Positions 22,545 to 37,000 of a stretch of DNA of 64,000 bases are shown in pieces. Made by a program: the position numbers and the translations under genes. Numbering within the stretch: the first letter of the stretch is position 1; every line of letters starts with the position of its first letter. The notes under the pieces were generated by a model. The model was not told the origin of the DNA. It saw nothing but the letters and a program-made list of their open reading frames with translations, and did no database searches. The stretch comes from Hyphochytrium catenoides (taxonomy: Eukaryota > Protista > Hyphochytriomycota): positions 28,182 to 92,181 of the forward strand of contig FLMG01001379.1 in the NCBI GenBank assembly GCA_900088475.1. Reading direction: 5' to 3'.

Positions 22545-23947
22545 ATGGAGAGCGCAGGAATCGACGTCACGGGCGCCGAAGACTGCGAGTCTTTTGAGCT
22601 TTGTCAGTCTGATGGCTTCAGCGAAGTCTTTTATGACACAAGAAACACAACGGTGACACCACTCTTTGAAGCTGGCAGCAGAGAAGAGGTAGAAAGGAGA
22701 GATAGCTTGAGTAAGTGGCATTCTATGCTTTAACGGTTCGGTTCCCATCCTTACTATTGTTTGTGTCTTTAGTTAGTAGCACCATTGATAGTGCCAAAGA
22801 GGCCCTGGGATCAGCCATGACGGATGAGCAGCTGGCTTCGCATGCCTCTAGAGTGAAACAGTTGTTGACGCAGATGCTATCTGGAGACAGATGTGTGAAG
22901 TTGGTGGCCACTGTCGTCTCTGGTCTGTTGATTGCCTCTAGGGCAATGCAGAATATCACCTTCTGCAAGGCAGCTGCCGCAAGTCTAAGACAGTCTGCTA
23001 CAGTCATCCGGCAGCCCATAGTGACTAACACTATGGCGAGATGCTTGGATGTTGCGGCTATAGCATTAGAGAACGAGCAGGTGACTACAAGTCTATCAAA
23101 TTCATTGGCTCAAACTGCGGCGACCCTAGAGAATGAGACTGTGGCAGCCACCGTGGAAGTCACTGCGGAATCGTTGGAGAAAGCCTTTGACAAAACAATG
23201 AAGATAATGAACCTTGCACTTCAGAACGAACGGCTCTCTGAGGTTGCCCACAAGATTTCTACCAATGAAGTGGTCAAGCAATCAGTCACAAAGACTGTTG
23301 AGATTATGGAGCAGGCTATGGAGACATCTGCTGTGAGGACGACTGTACAAACCGGGAAGTACATAGCGCGCAAGACTCTAAGCAACAGACATGTGCAAAC
23401 TGTTGGAAAGACTGCATTAGATGTAGCCTTCAGAGTAGCAGGAGACGAACGAGTCCAGACATTCGCTAGCAAGAATATAGAGTTTGCGGCAACGGCAGCG
23501 AGTGCAGTAGTCAACAATCAAGGCTTTAACAAGGCTTTCCGTCTAGGCTCGGATGTCGCGACGGCTGGAATGAGCGCAGTTGAATCTATCTGGGTCTATG
23601 CCTCGGCACCAGCAAGTCTGGTCCCGGCCTCTTTTCAGAAAAGAACACCTGAAAGACAGCTACTTCTCGACGTGGTTGACGAATGTGGGCTAAGCGGACA
23701 ATGTAGCGACCTCCATGCACTGTTAGCTGAGAGTGAGGCAGCCAGACGCGCTCTCATGACTTTGGCTCTACAAGCAAGAAAGGAACTTGAAAGCGAAAGA
23801 CATGCCCATGCCCGCACATTGGACTATGCCAACGAACTCTCTATAGCTCTTGCAGCAGGAGTTCGGAGACTCAACCCTGACATCCATCTTCACAAGAAGC
23901 AGACTGATATTGCTTTGGATGGTCGTCTGTTTGCCCCTGTTCACTAA
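22545..23947 (+). CDS. Uncharacterised Ala/Thr/Val-rich helical protein with acidic N-terminus (FFAT-like motif) and C-terminal coiled coil; 2 exons
   Basis: Exon 1 (22545-22710; MESAGIDV...SEVFYDTRN...RRDSL), then intron GTAAGT 22711 to AG 22772, joins in phase (A+TT = Ile) to the long ORF ending TAA 23947. Confidence 0.75.
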
Positions 23948-25029
23948 GTGGCTTCTACTCCTATTCTCAGGGCTCCCTTGCAAATGGTTTCTGTGAGAAG
24001 AGCTTCAAGGTCAAAGCCCGCTCTAAGCTATTGCGACGGGCCTTGGCGCTTTGCGTCGAGCAACGTAATCTTTAGCACATGTAAATAGAAGATTTCCATC
24101 GCTCTACAGCTTAGTACTCCATCTAATAGCAGTCATTGCATGTTGTTCTCTTTTCAATCTCACTCGATCTATAGCGTTAGCTGGCTAAGATGAATCTTCA
24201 TGGCTAGAGCCCTCACGACCTAATTGATGATAAACAGGACCAGAGACGTCACCAGGCTAACTAACTAGACAATAATCCTTAGCTGTCCGGGCGACCAGTT
24301 CGGTGCTGTAACCTTGGCCAGCCCTTCGTTACGATGGCCCTCAGGGTTGGCTGCTAGCGTTCGCAGGATTACCTCTTCGTGCTGGTCTGAGCACCTTGAG
24401 AAACTAAATCACGCGGGCCTGAACCTGGAGATACCGTCGTCCTTCAATGCCGCTGGCGGATCTCGTTGTTGGTTGCGGCTGATGAGCCGATGAGTAGCAA
24501 AAAACCTTTCTGCCTTCTTCTCGTCCAAATGATGCGAATGTCCCTTCCAAGCGTCATCACTCCCTGACTTGGAACATCAGTTAGACTTACTCGACTTGGA
24601 GACTATGACCACTTCGACCGTTACCGGCATTTCCTCATAAATATACCACAACGGACACTCGCATCAACGCGAACATCAACCAAGCTCATGATGTGCCGTC
24701 GCCTAGGGCTTTCTGCTTCTTACGACTTGCCCACTCTGCTCTGTGCTCGACGGCAGTGAGCTCAACAAGTGGCATTCCTAGTCTTCTTTTAGGCGCTGGT
24801 GTGTGGCGTGGTTCACATAGTGATTGGTTGACTGACAATGGTTGCCTGGATCGGGCTCAGGACATCAAGCGCCAGATGGAAGCTCGCAGATCGTACCTAC
24901 GATAGAGTCCAAAGGAGGAAGCGGCCATAAGAGGTTCGCTTTTAACATAGACAGCTGCCCATCGCCGAGGATGGACGACAGCAGCTCTCCCCACTATTGT
25001 CCTTCCACCAGTGCCTAGATAAGGGCAGA

Positions 25030-28000
25030 ATGGAGCCATCACCTGGGGGAGACATGCCCGATCTGGTGACTGAAGGGAGTGAAGGCAGGTCATCCACTCG
25101 GGGCGACTCAGACGCGACCGAGGCGGGGAGGGCTGGAAGGGGGATCTCGAAGGCCCAGGAACATCTTGACCACTGCCTTGCGGACTTCGTCGCATCGTGT
25201 AGCGATTATTACACCTTGCTGCATCAGCGAACCTCTTCAAGGGCTGGGTCAAAGTCCTTTGTCGACGTCGTGAGAACCAAGCTTCTGACCCTTTATGATG
25301 CCGTCACCCACGTGTGGCAGAGTGAGGTAAGCACCATTTTCGGAACCTCCTTGCGGCAGTATTATTAACAGGCGGAGTCTTCTCCTGGTAGGACGACAAT
25401 TGCTGCAGGAGCATCTTTGAGCAGAAGCTTCAGGACAGGCCTCTAGACACCATTCTTGGCATCCTTCTAACTACCTCATCTTTAGAGAAACCTTTGCATA
25501 CACCCGTAAGTTCATAACGATACAAGCAAGATAATCTCTGACTTTTGGATCTTCAGGCGCTGCATCTGCTCTCTGGGCTCGGGTATCACCCCTCCGTTAA
25601 GCTAATGCTGGCCCAGAATGTCTCAGTTTGGCAGTCGATCTTCAAGTTTCTAGCCAACGAGATAAATGATGCGTCCGCCTCCCAGATGGAGGTGGAAGCG
25701 TTTACCCTGATCAATGACCTGCTTGGTATCAAAGATGGACCGAACAAACTTATCTCCTGCTTTCGTTCGTTTCCTGAGGTCTTTCAGTATTGTGTGCGAC
25801 AGTCAACGTCTCAAAATCCAATTGTCAAGGCTGCAGTTAGTTGCATGCTGGAGAAGCTCGTTAACGACCCGGATGATGTAATCAGAAGTGGGAATGAGGT
25901 TTTACTGCTAGGTTTGGAAGTTTCCCAATTGATATCCATGGTGCAATGTGCTGTGCCCTTGGCCTGCTCTCGTGCCCTGGACGCCCTGAGTATCTTGCTC
26001 GATAGGGGTAAGGAGCAATTTCTGATGGGTGCTCGGCCCGCCAGGAGCTAACCTCTCAATTGTTAGGGCTTTTAAATGGTTCAAAGAGTATTGAAGCGCC
26101 AGTTCATTGGGGTTATCTTCTGTGTTCTTCAGTCGCATCCCGCCATTCCTGGAATAAGCGGCTGTTTGTGATGAATAAGGAGTATTTATTTAGGTGATTA
26201 CTGGCCCTGTCTCCCACTGACTTCTTTGTTGACATCATTTTAGCTACGTGCAACTGCTACTGTTCCCTAACCTCAATTATCTCGATTCAGTGACCCTTGC
26301 GTGCCGTAGGTATGGAGATGGTACATCTGCGGTGGCGAAAGAGAAATATTACCTCCCAAGCCTCACTCTGAAGATGACCGGTCGGTGATCTTTTAAGCTC
26401 TTGTTCCTCTTTCATGGAAGTCATCTCACTCAATCTTCCATATACTCTGCTCTAATCTACTAGATGGAAATACTACCATCCACCTTTGTCCTGAATTTAC
26501 GGCGGCCCCAGTCATTGCTCTTCGCTCTAACGGGGACGACTCTGGCATACTCTCCTGCTGGTATGAAGCGCTGGCAAACGCGATCACTGTTGGAACACCA
26601 GATCGGCTTGATCGTGGGCTCACACAGGGACGCGATATCAAGAGGCCTTCCGGCCCTCCTTATTTTGGAATGGATGATATGAAGTTTGTCTCCCTTTCGG
26701 ATATTAACCTAGAGGTTTTGATGGAACAGGTAGCATACGAAGAAGATCTACGGCATTTGCGCCTCGACTAACTGCTACTGACTCCACCTCCCTCTTCTCT
26801 CGTGTCTCGCATTTGTCCCTCCCCCGCTCTCCGCTTCTTTTCGCTTCTCTTACCTTAGCTGGCGAACTTATTGCAAATATCTAGAAGTCCAGCTGTCCTA
26901 GAATCAGCCACACGTGTACTTTCTATCATATCATCCTCTGGTAGCCAGAGCCATCGCGCAATCCTTCTGGCTTGCAGCATCCCACACCTAGCACTGCACC
27001 ATGTCCGGTCCCCAAACCAGAGAGTTCAGGAGTATGCTGCCAGGGCGCTTTCCAATCTTACAGACGAGTACGATCTAGAGCCAGGTAAAGTTGACGGTTT
27101 TTTGGGTTGTACGAACTCGCATCTCTCGTGAGTTCCAAAGCTACGTTATATTTGACTCGAGCGCGTGTTATTCACATTGTCCACCTCACCTGCTGACCTT
27201 CTGCCTTAATACATTGCTATATAATACTTCTTAGACGGTATGCTTAGCCGACGCCCTATCGTGAATATCGTTTCTAATACAGGCAAGAACAGCAAATCCC
27301 ATATCGACATCTGCCAGTTTTTGCTGGCAGCAGGAGCTATTGAAGGCGCCTGGATGGGCCTTCAATCTAGGCGAATTAAAACTGTGCTCTATTCGGCTAG
27401 GACCATAGTAAATCTGGAGTTGTTTCGAGCCAAACACCCCGAAGGACAAGAGCCGAGCTCAAATTCTACACGCACACCGTCCATGTCCTCCTCCCAATCC
27501 TTTTACTTTCTGAGGGGCCTCTTGAGCATAGCAGAGGAACACGCACTGACTGACGATGACGAAGTCGAGGTTGCGGTTGCTGTAGTAGAGCTCCTTCTGA
27601 TGAAGGCTGCCTTCAGCTCAGATAAGGAGGTTTGTGCTAAACCAAATTTGAAGTGATACAAAGCTAAATAGCGAAGGGCAGTGTGGGTTGATTATGAAGT
27701 CAGGAGCTTGAAGAGAACACCAATTTACATAGAAGAAGGGACGGGTAAAGGAAGCGACGGCGACAGAAGGAAAGTAGCTCTGAACGGAAAGCGAGTTATT
27801 GCAATGGGCGGAATGGTCTAGGGAAAACGAAGAGGGTCAAAAGGAATCAGTATCCATTCTTATAGAGCTTTTCCTTCCCGCCACTTTGTGACCATTAGGC
27901 TATCGTGAGAGAAGGCGGTGTGGATTACCTGTTGCATGTCTCCCGGCTGACTCCGCAAAGAAAGTTTCTCGGTGGCCTTCTAGACCTTCCGCTAAAGCGC

Positions 28001-31000
28001 CTGATTTCCATTCTATGTGAAGTTGGCAGTTCTGGTAAGTAAAGAAACTGTCCCGCATGCCCTCTTCCCTTCTTTTTTTTCCTTTTGGGATGCGCTAACG
28101 TAATACTCTTACAGCTTCCGGGAATGTCACTCTATCGCACCTGGAGCTCTTGATGTTTACGAAGCAGGCGGACTTAGTCAAGCTTTCTCTTTCTCTCGCC
28201 CTGCAGAAGCTAAGCGCCTCTTTGCCGTCGTCACTTATTCCCGATGCACAACCCTCACGCTTGTGGATGGACGCCACACCCTCTCTGCTTGACCCGTTAT
28301 CTCAGCCTGCTGTACCGGATGTGAGGAGAGCGATGGCGGATATCCTGCAAGAACTGTCAAAGGATGAAGAAGTGTCACTCAAATGCCCCCTCCCCAACAT
28401 CGTTAGTCAAATGACTATTCAAACCTCAATTTCAGGAGGTCCCACACTATCAAGCCCTCAATCGCCTCGTCATCGGCCTAGCTATCTTTCCCGGATCCTA
28501 CACACCATGGGGGAAGCCTTACGAAAGGGATATGCCGAATCGAGTACAGATATCCTGTTAAGATCTCTAGATTGCCTTTACCTGTTGTCATATTTTCCTG
28601 TCGCCTCGGCAAGGATGCGCCAGTTAGGTGCTCACTTGAGCCTATGTGAATGTTTGGCTGCACCCATTTCGGTTGTTCTACAACTGAAGGCAGCCAGGAT
28701 CTATCTTTACCTCCTGCTAATGTGTTCCAAGGTTACTGCTCTTGATCCTCAGTTAGAGGTAAGCTAAAGGAGTTAGATCCTGGTGGAGATCCACGTTGCC
28801 CTTCCTCGATATTCCCTCAGACTACTGGTGACTTAGACTAATCCCAAGCCTCAACTTGATGGGACGACTCATTCAACAAATACGCAGACTCTTCATGGCT
28901 AAGTCTTCTATGTCATTGCAGGTGACCCCTCTTCTCCTCTGCCTTCGCCGAACACGAGACCTGGATTGCGAGAAGGAGTCATCTTCTGTGGAACTGATGT
29001 TAACACTGTTATCAATCCTCACACTCTCTTCCCACTCAAATCCCAAACCGGAGTCAGGGCCAATTGGAGACTCCGTGGCGGCTGATATTGAAAACAACCG
29101 TCAATCAATCAGTGCTTGTGGGGGCTTAGCCGTCCTGTCCTCTTGTCTAGGTCATCCTCGGACACTGATCGTCACTCGCGCATGCGAGGCTTTGGCGTCT
29201 ATCTTTCGTTCAGAGTAAGCAACAGTTGACGGCTATACCTCAGACAAGGAGAATAAAGGGGAGGGGCATCGAATTGAACAAGTGTTTAGTAAGGCGTATG
29301 TACCTCGCGCACTCAGAACCCATTAAAGGTGAAGGGTCAGCAAGCAAGGGTACTATTGAGTATAAATCAACTAGGAAGGAACAGCTTATGCTTTGTCCGG
29401 TTAGCTGTTATTGATACCCTTTTCTCATCATCTCCCTTTTCAGGAGTCTAGCGGAGAGATACTTCTACAATAACATGGACGGAGTTACTTGCTTGGCGGG
29501 CTGCATGTTTCCCTCGGACTTACAAACCGAAAGCTCCTCTTTCTCGTCGGCGTTCTCGACCTCAGACTTGCTTCAGCTTGAGGCCTCCCATACCTTGAAG
29601 GAGCTTTGCAAGACGCAGGCAATCAAAGCGTCACTTCTTCGGCTTACGGTGGGACAAAAGGGGCCCCGACGCATGCTTGTGGAACTCTTGGCAGCCCTTT
29701 GTTCTCAGAGGGAGGCATTGGAGAAAGATGTAAGTGAAGGTTAGGTTTGTTCCCGTTCCGTATAGTTGATATATTAATATCGGCCGTCTCTGGCCCCATC
29801 TCAGCTGGAAGCACTTCTGGAGGCCATGGTGACTGATAACAACGGGGATCTTGACGTAGTCCCTCTAGAGTGCATTCTAGATGTTTCAGCCCTTAAGTCC
29901 TTACTTAGGGTCAGAAGTAAGTTATGATACTAAACTGAAGTGAAGGGGCAGTAATGGCAACCGACGGTTTGCCCCTAGTGAGAACGCGTTGGTTTGCCCC
30001 TAGTGAGAACGCCTTCTGCCCTTGTCTGGTGCAGGGAGATTCGGGTTTTGAAGCGTTCTCTACTAACAGCCAGTTCGTCCTTGCACCATTAGGTCCAATT
30101 GTGGTCAGAGCCGGACTGGCGGTGTTAGCATCAAGAGCGGAAAGAGGATGCCTTCCCGCTATATCCGCACTTCCCTTCCCTTCACTAAAAGCTCGACTGC
30201 TGATCCCGCAAACTGGTGTTGTTGGCATGGTGCGGTCGTGGACTAGAAAGTAGGTGTATAGGCTTCTCACTGTTCACTGTATTTGCTCCTGCGTTGGCGA
30301 GCATCTTGTACTCTGCCGCTTGTATTAATGCAGCTTTGGTCCTTTTCGTCTTTCTCTGGTGTGGTCCACCATCCTCCTGTGCTTGTAGGTTGTTTGTTTT
30401 GAGCGAAGAGTATTTATACCGATTTGATCTTAAGCCCGAACTCCTCGCGGAGGCTAGGGATAAAACGTGGCTTGGAGGATGCATTGTTAGACTTCAAGAG
30501 GTAACAAAACACCTCTCTCTACTGATGCGCGCTTTTGTCGTAACGTTTTCGGGCTAACTGGTTCTGGATGACCTTTTAACCTCGGCACCGTTGGTGTCAC
30601 GGTCATATCTGTGGACATGGGGTGCGCCCCCTATGGTAGCTCAAATGTCTACGTAATAACTTGTCATCCTGTGGAGTGGAAGCTCAAGTGAGATTGAAGG
30701 CTAACCATCTATTTCGGCGTAGGCTCAAGGCCGACGATGTGTAGAGCTGTTGGAAAAGGCTGACACCTCATCGCCAGTGATGGTTTTTACTGCAGAAAGG
30801 GGAGAGTCAGGAGACGGGCAGCTGCTGGATTGGTTCCAGGCTATAGCTAGTATATGCAGCAAGTACGGCAACAGCGATGGTGAGCTGCTACACATTAGTT
30901 TGTAACGCCTTATTCTCATCTACTCTCACTATGGCGATTGCATTCTGGTTTACCCTGTCTGTCTGCCATGTTTGTGGTCTCAGATCGTCTTTTACGAGAA

Positions 31001-34000
31001 CAGTATGTTCCGCTAACTTGCGGTGTTCCTAGGCTCCCCAATTCTCTCTGCCCTAGACGATGGTAGTCGTCACCGCTCCTTCTCCATTGCGTCCTCCTTC
31101 TCACAGCTCTCCAAGACCAGCGGCTTGTCGTCTTCATCACTGCGTCCCACCTTCTCCAGCTCTTCCTCCGCTCGACGCCAGACTTATGGATTAACTGCAC
31201 ATTCAGCTCTCTCGTGGAATGAGCTCGAGCCAGAGATATTTTTGCCACAGCTATTGGAGGTATATGTTGCCTGTTTTAAATCTGGCCTTTGCTACTTAGA
31301 TGGGGTACTTTCGCTTAATCCTCTCATGATCATCCCCCATCTGGTCCTCTCGCTATTGTCCCATCGTTCCATTGGATAGAACGTTGCGGCCGTAATGGGC
31401 CAACTCGAGTCCTTTGTATCGTTTGCTAGTTACGTTTTTCAAGCAATGTAAATAGTGACTTTCCTTTGGCAGCTTATGAGCAGATTTGACGAGGATATCG
31501 TCAAAGAACAGCTAGGGCGCCTTCTTTCTACCTTGGCCGCAAGTCTACATCAGCGAAAACGAGGTTCGAAAAGCGCACAGACTAAGACGGCGAGCTGTTC
31601 TCGTCACTTCTTTTATCTTCTTTTGATCTTGTAGATCGCCATTCTCGACTCCTGTGTTATGTTCCGCTACTTATAATAATCATTTGCAGTCCCATTTCCT
31701 ACTTTTGGCCTGCCACAAGGAAAGCTAATCCATGTCCCCTGACTGCATCGCGGACGCAGCTGTACTTTGCTCCCAAGAGTGCTTGCGAGGCTGCATCTCT
31801 TTGGTACGCTCGCGGAATCGTCGATGTGCAACGTATGGCGCGGCCATTCTTTGCAACCTCTTTGAGCCGCCATGTGCTGACACAATGGCAAATTTTTCAG
31901 GTAAGTCAGGAGTAGAAGCTACTGAGAGGGCAGTATTTCGGACTTTTGCGCTACTAAGCTGCATACTCTGGTTTTAACGATACCACTAAGACAGCAAGTC
32001 TTCGATAAATCGTGGCAGCCTCTCATACGCCATGTGTGCCTCTTCATAGATGCTCTCGCAACAGCTGGCATCACACATCGGCTTTCTCTCCTAGTCAAGG
32101 TCCGGACACCGGTCTCTACATATTACGCCTTGCGGGCCTTGTGGGCTATATGCCAGGTGAGATGACTCTCCAATCTCCTTGTAGTGCGGTCTCTCGATGG
32201 GCTGGCATCGCCTTTTTGGGCATTTGATGCATTGGGACCTAGCGGCCTGGGCGAGCAAATACAAGCGGCATCTGAGCACTATGTTGCAGTCCTCTTCCCG
32301 AAATTCGACCAGGGCTCTGGTAAGCACTGACGCTGAGTTCCTGAAAGCTGTCATCACTTCGCAATGGACCATCCAGCAACAAGTTGCGATAGGTAAACAT
32401 TAATTTGATGTTCAGCTACATGTCTGATCAGCTTTTGAGCTTCAATCTGACCCTATTGAGTTATGTTATCACGTATTATTCTATCTCCTGTTCCCTAAGA
32501 ACTATCAAACTAATGATCCCTCTTCCTTGTGTGCCATGGTACCCGTGCTCTATAGGGTATCAAGCTGTCGCCCTAATGAGGATAATGGCTTCAGACAGAA
32601 ATGCCAAGGCATTGTTAGCGACTAGAGGGGGCCTGGACTACCTTTTACACCTCACTTCCTTCCTATCATCCGAAGCAGTGACCCCAAGTGGCCGACGTTT
32701 TTCAATGTTCTCCTTGCTAGTCTCTGAGAGAAGCAAAGAGAGGGATAAGACTTCGGGCTTTTCTCCACCTTCGCCTTCAACGGAATTAGAGATGTTTGAT
32801 GTTGATACTCTGAGCGTAGACGATCAAGGTGAGGACTCACACTAAGTGGAAAAACGTGTGCAATGGACTCAGCTCGCCTTTGAGATAGCTCAATCGAGGT
32901 AGTGGTAGGATAACGTGGGGGTTGCAGAAGGGCAGCTCACTGTTGAGCTAACGTACATGCTATTATCCGCTTCCGTTATTCCTTTCTAGTCGGAGCAGTG
33001 GATGACTTGAACGAACTTATACGGAGAGCTGAGTTCACGCTGCGTACCCTCTTTGGGGAGGAGGATGAGGTTGTTGAGCTTCTGCCTCTTCCTCTTATAC
33101 TAAGACTTTGTGACGCCAAGGTTGGGGAAGTGGTCGTTCAGGCAACAAGAGCATTAGCGAAGCTGTGTGCATCTGATTCCGTCAGGGAGAGCAACACCGA
33201 GAATGAACAAGGAGGTGGACCTGGCGGAGATGGAGGATCCTTGCCAGATCAAACGGAAGGGGAGGAAGCTACGGGCCCCACGGACACACCCTTGCCGGAG
33301 GAGCTCGAAGAGCCATCATCTGAGGAGAAGAGAACTATACGGGAAGAAGCTGCCAAGCAAGGTGATCTATGGCGATTTTTCTGACATGCTCATAATAAGA
33401 GCTGCAGTACACCTTGTAATCAACGGTCTTTTATCCGATATTGGGCTTTACTACCTAAATCCGTTTCCCGAATGCTTTCCGTGCGAACTCTTGTTGCTCA
33501 CTGAGACTCTTCGTGTTCCAGGGTTTCATCGCTTAACAACATTGATTGCCGAATCTCGAACGGGCTGCTTTGGCAAATCTAGTGCTCGGGTTCTGTTCTT
33601 CTCCCTTCTCGCCGTCAGAAATCTCATGAAAGACTCAAAGATACGGGACGAGGTCACAAAGTACGACATGAGGGTGGCAAGACTGCACTACTCTTACCTT
33701 GGTTTACCTGCATATACTCTTACAAACCGGTGGTCGTCTACTGAAAGTGTATCTGTGGGACCAAAATCTTTTCGTTGTGACCTCTGTTAGTGTGAAAGAC
33801 GTAAGCGTCTAACTTGGTATAGTGCGGTGCAGACATCCGTACACTAACACTAGATCCCCTCATGCATTTCCTCATTCTTCCTTGCAGGAACTATGTCTTG
33901 GACGCCCTTCGCCAAGTGCTTGAGGATTCAACTGTGTCCTACTCCACACGTTCAGTAGCTAGTTCTGCGATCACGCTGTGCCTACTGTCTCCTTATAACT

Positions 34001-37000
34001 TTGACGAAGAGGTGCTTGAGCGCCTTCTTGACAAGGCGCTGGGGCTGCTACGGGACGGAGAAATGATTCTTCAAAAAAGGTGGGAACGAATGTGGGCAAG
34101 GGTCAGCTAGGCTGGAATGGAAATTCTCCTCGCATACTTGTTGTGTCTACTCCCATTCTTCGTTGGCCTCATTTCGGTTACCCTTTGCTGCAAGGCCCTT
34201 TTCCCTTTTTCACTCAGCTCATTTGAACGACATGTGTCTATGTCCGAGGTTGCTTTTTATGTACAACTTTCGTTCTTGCCTACCCACCGTACCAGTAAGA
34301 GGACACCCTGTGTGTGTCATCTTCAAGCATGACTTCCCCTTCCCTGTTTTGGCCCTCCCGGTTACCAGTCTGGGTCTAACAGCTACCTCTTGCCTTCTAT
34401 TTTCTTTTAGAGTTGTCCCTCCTCTCCGGATATTTTGTATAAGTTTGGCTGGTTGCCTAGCGCAGCTCTGCCGCTTATCCGAGCGCCACCGACACCAGTT
34501 GGTTAGCAGGGATGTCCTAGAGGTTGTCAACGCATGTTTTGACTTGAAGGACCAGGAGTTATCGGCCGCCTGTTGCAAAGTAAGTCGCTTGTAAAAATAC
34601 AAATCTGGTAGAACGGATACCTGCGCTCTGGTGTGCGATTTATTGCGCGACCACACTTAATAACATCTCGTTGGTGTACCACAGATCTTAGTCTCCCTCT
34701 GGGCGTCTTCGCCTTTGAAGTCACTCATTATCTCGCACTTCTCCTCTGGCCTCGAAAGAATAGTAAGACCTCTGGGATACTTCTCATCGCTTGAGGCTTT
34801 CGCATCATAATCGAAAAGTACATGTTGTGGTCCGTCCTCTCATTCTCGTCCTCAGCATTTCTGATCTGCCTATCAAGTCATGCTTTTATCCTTCAGCGCC
34901 GCTAGCTATCCTATTGATTTTTCCAGATTGAGGCAAGGGACGCGAGTGTATTGCACTTCCGCTGCCTCTTACTGCTCTGCTTGTAAGCTCACAGTTCGTC
35001 TTGCTTGGAGGTTTCGCTCCTGGGCTCTGACAAGCCACATGTGCTGGTGGCTGCCTGTCGAGTTATCCAAGGATTTTGTTATGACAAGCAGTCTAAGCTT
35101 AGGGTGCTTAACATGAATTTTTTGCTCCCAAAGGTTAGATCTCTTAGCGAGGAGCAGCTACTCTATCATAACAGTCTTTCGTTCCCCATGGTAATGTCAT
35201 TTTCTAATCCTTGCCCTTTGCCCTAGCCTTCCCTTCTCCTCGCGTTTCATCCCATGGCCTTTGCTGTTCGATTCGCCTCGCAATTGACATGACGCACATT
35301 ATCTGATAGTAATGCTTTGTTTGGCTACGTTTCGGGGCACTTAGAATTCATCTGGACCATCTTCGGATAGCCCACACGGCCTTTCAACATCACCATCCTC
35401 CTCCTCGACGTCAGGAGGGGGTATACTAATTATCTGTGCGGAAAGGCTAGTTCTTCTCTCTACTTTGGAAGACCGAGTTAGGGAAGTGGCCAGCCAAGTG
35501 CTGCTGGCGATAGTGTCCGACAGTCCAGACTGTAGTGGTAATCTCTTATTTTTTAGTGCCGTAGCATGCCTACCCTCAACGTCTGCTCGCTTCCGGATAT
35601 TCTGCTCATTCTCATTGAGTTACCTCGACCTCCACTGATTTTGGTTTCAATACAGCTGAAGAGCTGATTGGAGCCCATTTGACGATCGATCAGCTCCTTA
35701 TCTTGTCCCGCGCATCGGTCCCGCTAGTGGTCCGACGCGTGCTTGAAGTGCTGGGCAGGATGGTAGAGAGGGGGGCCATGTCTGGAGCGGCCCTGCTCCC
35801 ATTTCCGGCAAAACTGGGTAAGCTCATATACTTTTGTATTTTTGGCTGCTACTTGTGGGGCCTGTATACTTCCGGCTAAACCCATTGCTAACTCTTGCAT
35901 ACTTTTGTGTAGTTTAGTATATCTGTAATCGCTTTGCTCTTTCTTGATTATGAGTGTGCACTGTCTGGCAATTGATGTCCGTTCTCGATCTGGTCGATCT
36001 AGATAAGATCTCGTCTTCTATTATGCCTCCGAAGCAGCTGTGTCCTTCTTCCCACTCTTGTGTCTCATATTCTCACCCGGTAACTTCAGGATGGCTTGAG
36101 AGCGCCCGGCCCAATACTAACAGCTCTATGATGAGAATATCCAAGTCTGCGTGGAACAGAAGATGGTTTGTGCTGTGTGAAGGTAAGCTTCACCTGATTT
36201 CATGTGTGTGTCGCTCCATTCCTCTGTGCTGTTCCCATGCAGCTTTTCATCCTTTGGACCTATGCTAACCCTGGAACTTCCCCAGAATATCTGTACCGCT
36301 ACGCTCTTCGACCCCCGGGTTTAGCGGAATCTAAAGAAAAGTGGTATCTCAAAAGTATGTCACATCGGATTCCCACTCTTCCTCCACCCTTGTCAGCATT
36401 ATGTGGTGCGCCCCACCGGCGGTCTTTAGGAGCGATTTAACCTTTCGGCGTAGATGCTCATTATCACTTTATGCGTTCTTGTACGTGCCTTCTCACAAAC
36501 CATGACTCTTGATCAGCTTGTGAAGTGAGCCTAATTGAAGATACCAAGTCTGGGGGCAAAATAATCGAGCTAACTTGTGGGCTGGAGCGCACCTACATGC
36601 GCATTTGTTCTCTCGAAGAGAATGCGGAGGATTGGTACAATGCCATATCGGCGTATGCGACTGCTACGGCGCCGTCTTCGTCAGGTAACACCACCACAGC
36701 AGCAGCTCTGGGCGTAACTTAGGGAGCTTTATCTACTGCTGTTGTCCAGCGGTCGTCACGACTTCTCCCCCATTCTTGTTGGTATAGCCGCTTCCTCGTC
36801 TTATGCTTATACCCTTTCCTAGATCTGATGGCGTTTCTTATCGAAAAAAATCCTACGAGACGTACTTATCTTGCTTTTATTCATTTCTCATTCCTCTCCA
36901 GGTTCCCAGCTATCAGAAGTGGGGGATTCTGAGGTAGCCAGTGAAGGTATCGGTGTCTCTGCTAATGCGTTCACGATTATGGGTGAGATGATGCATAGCT

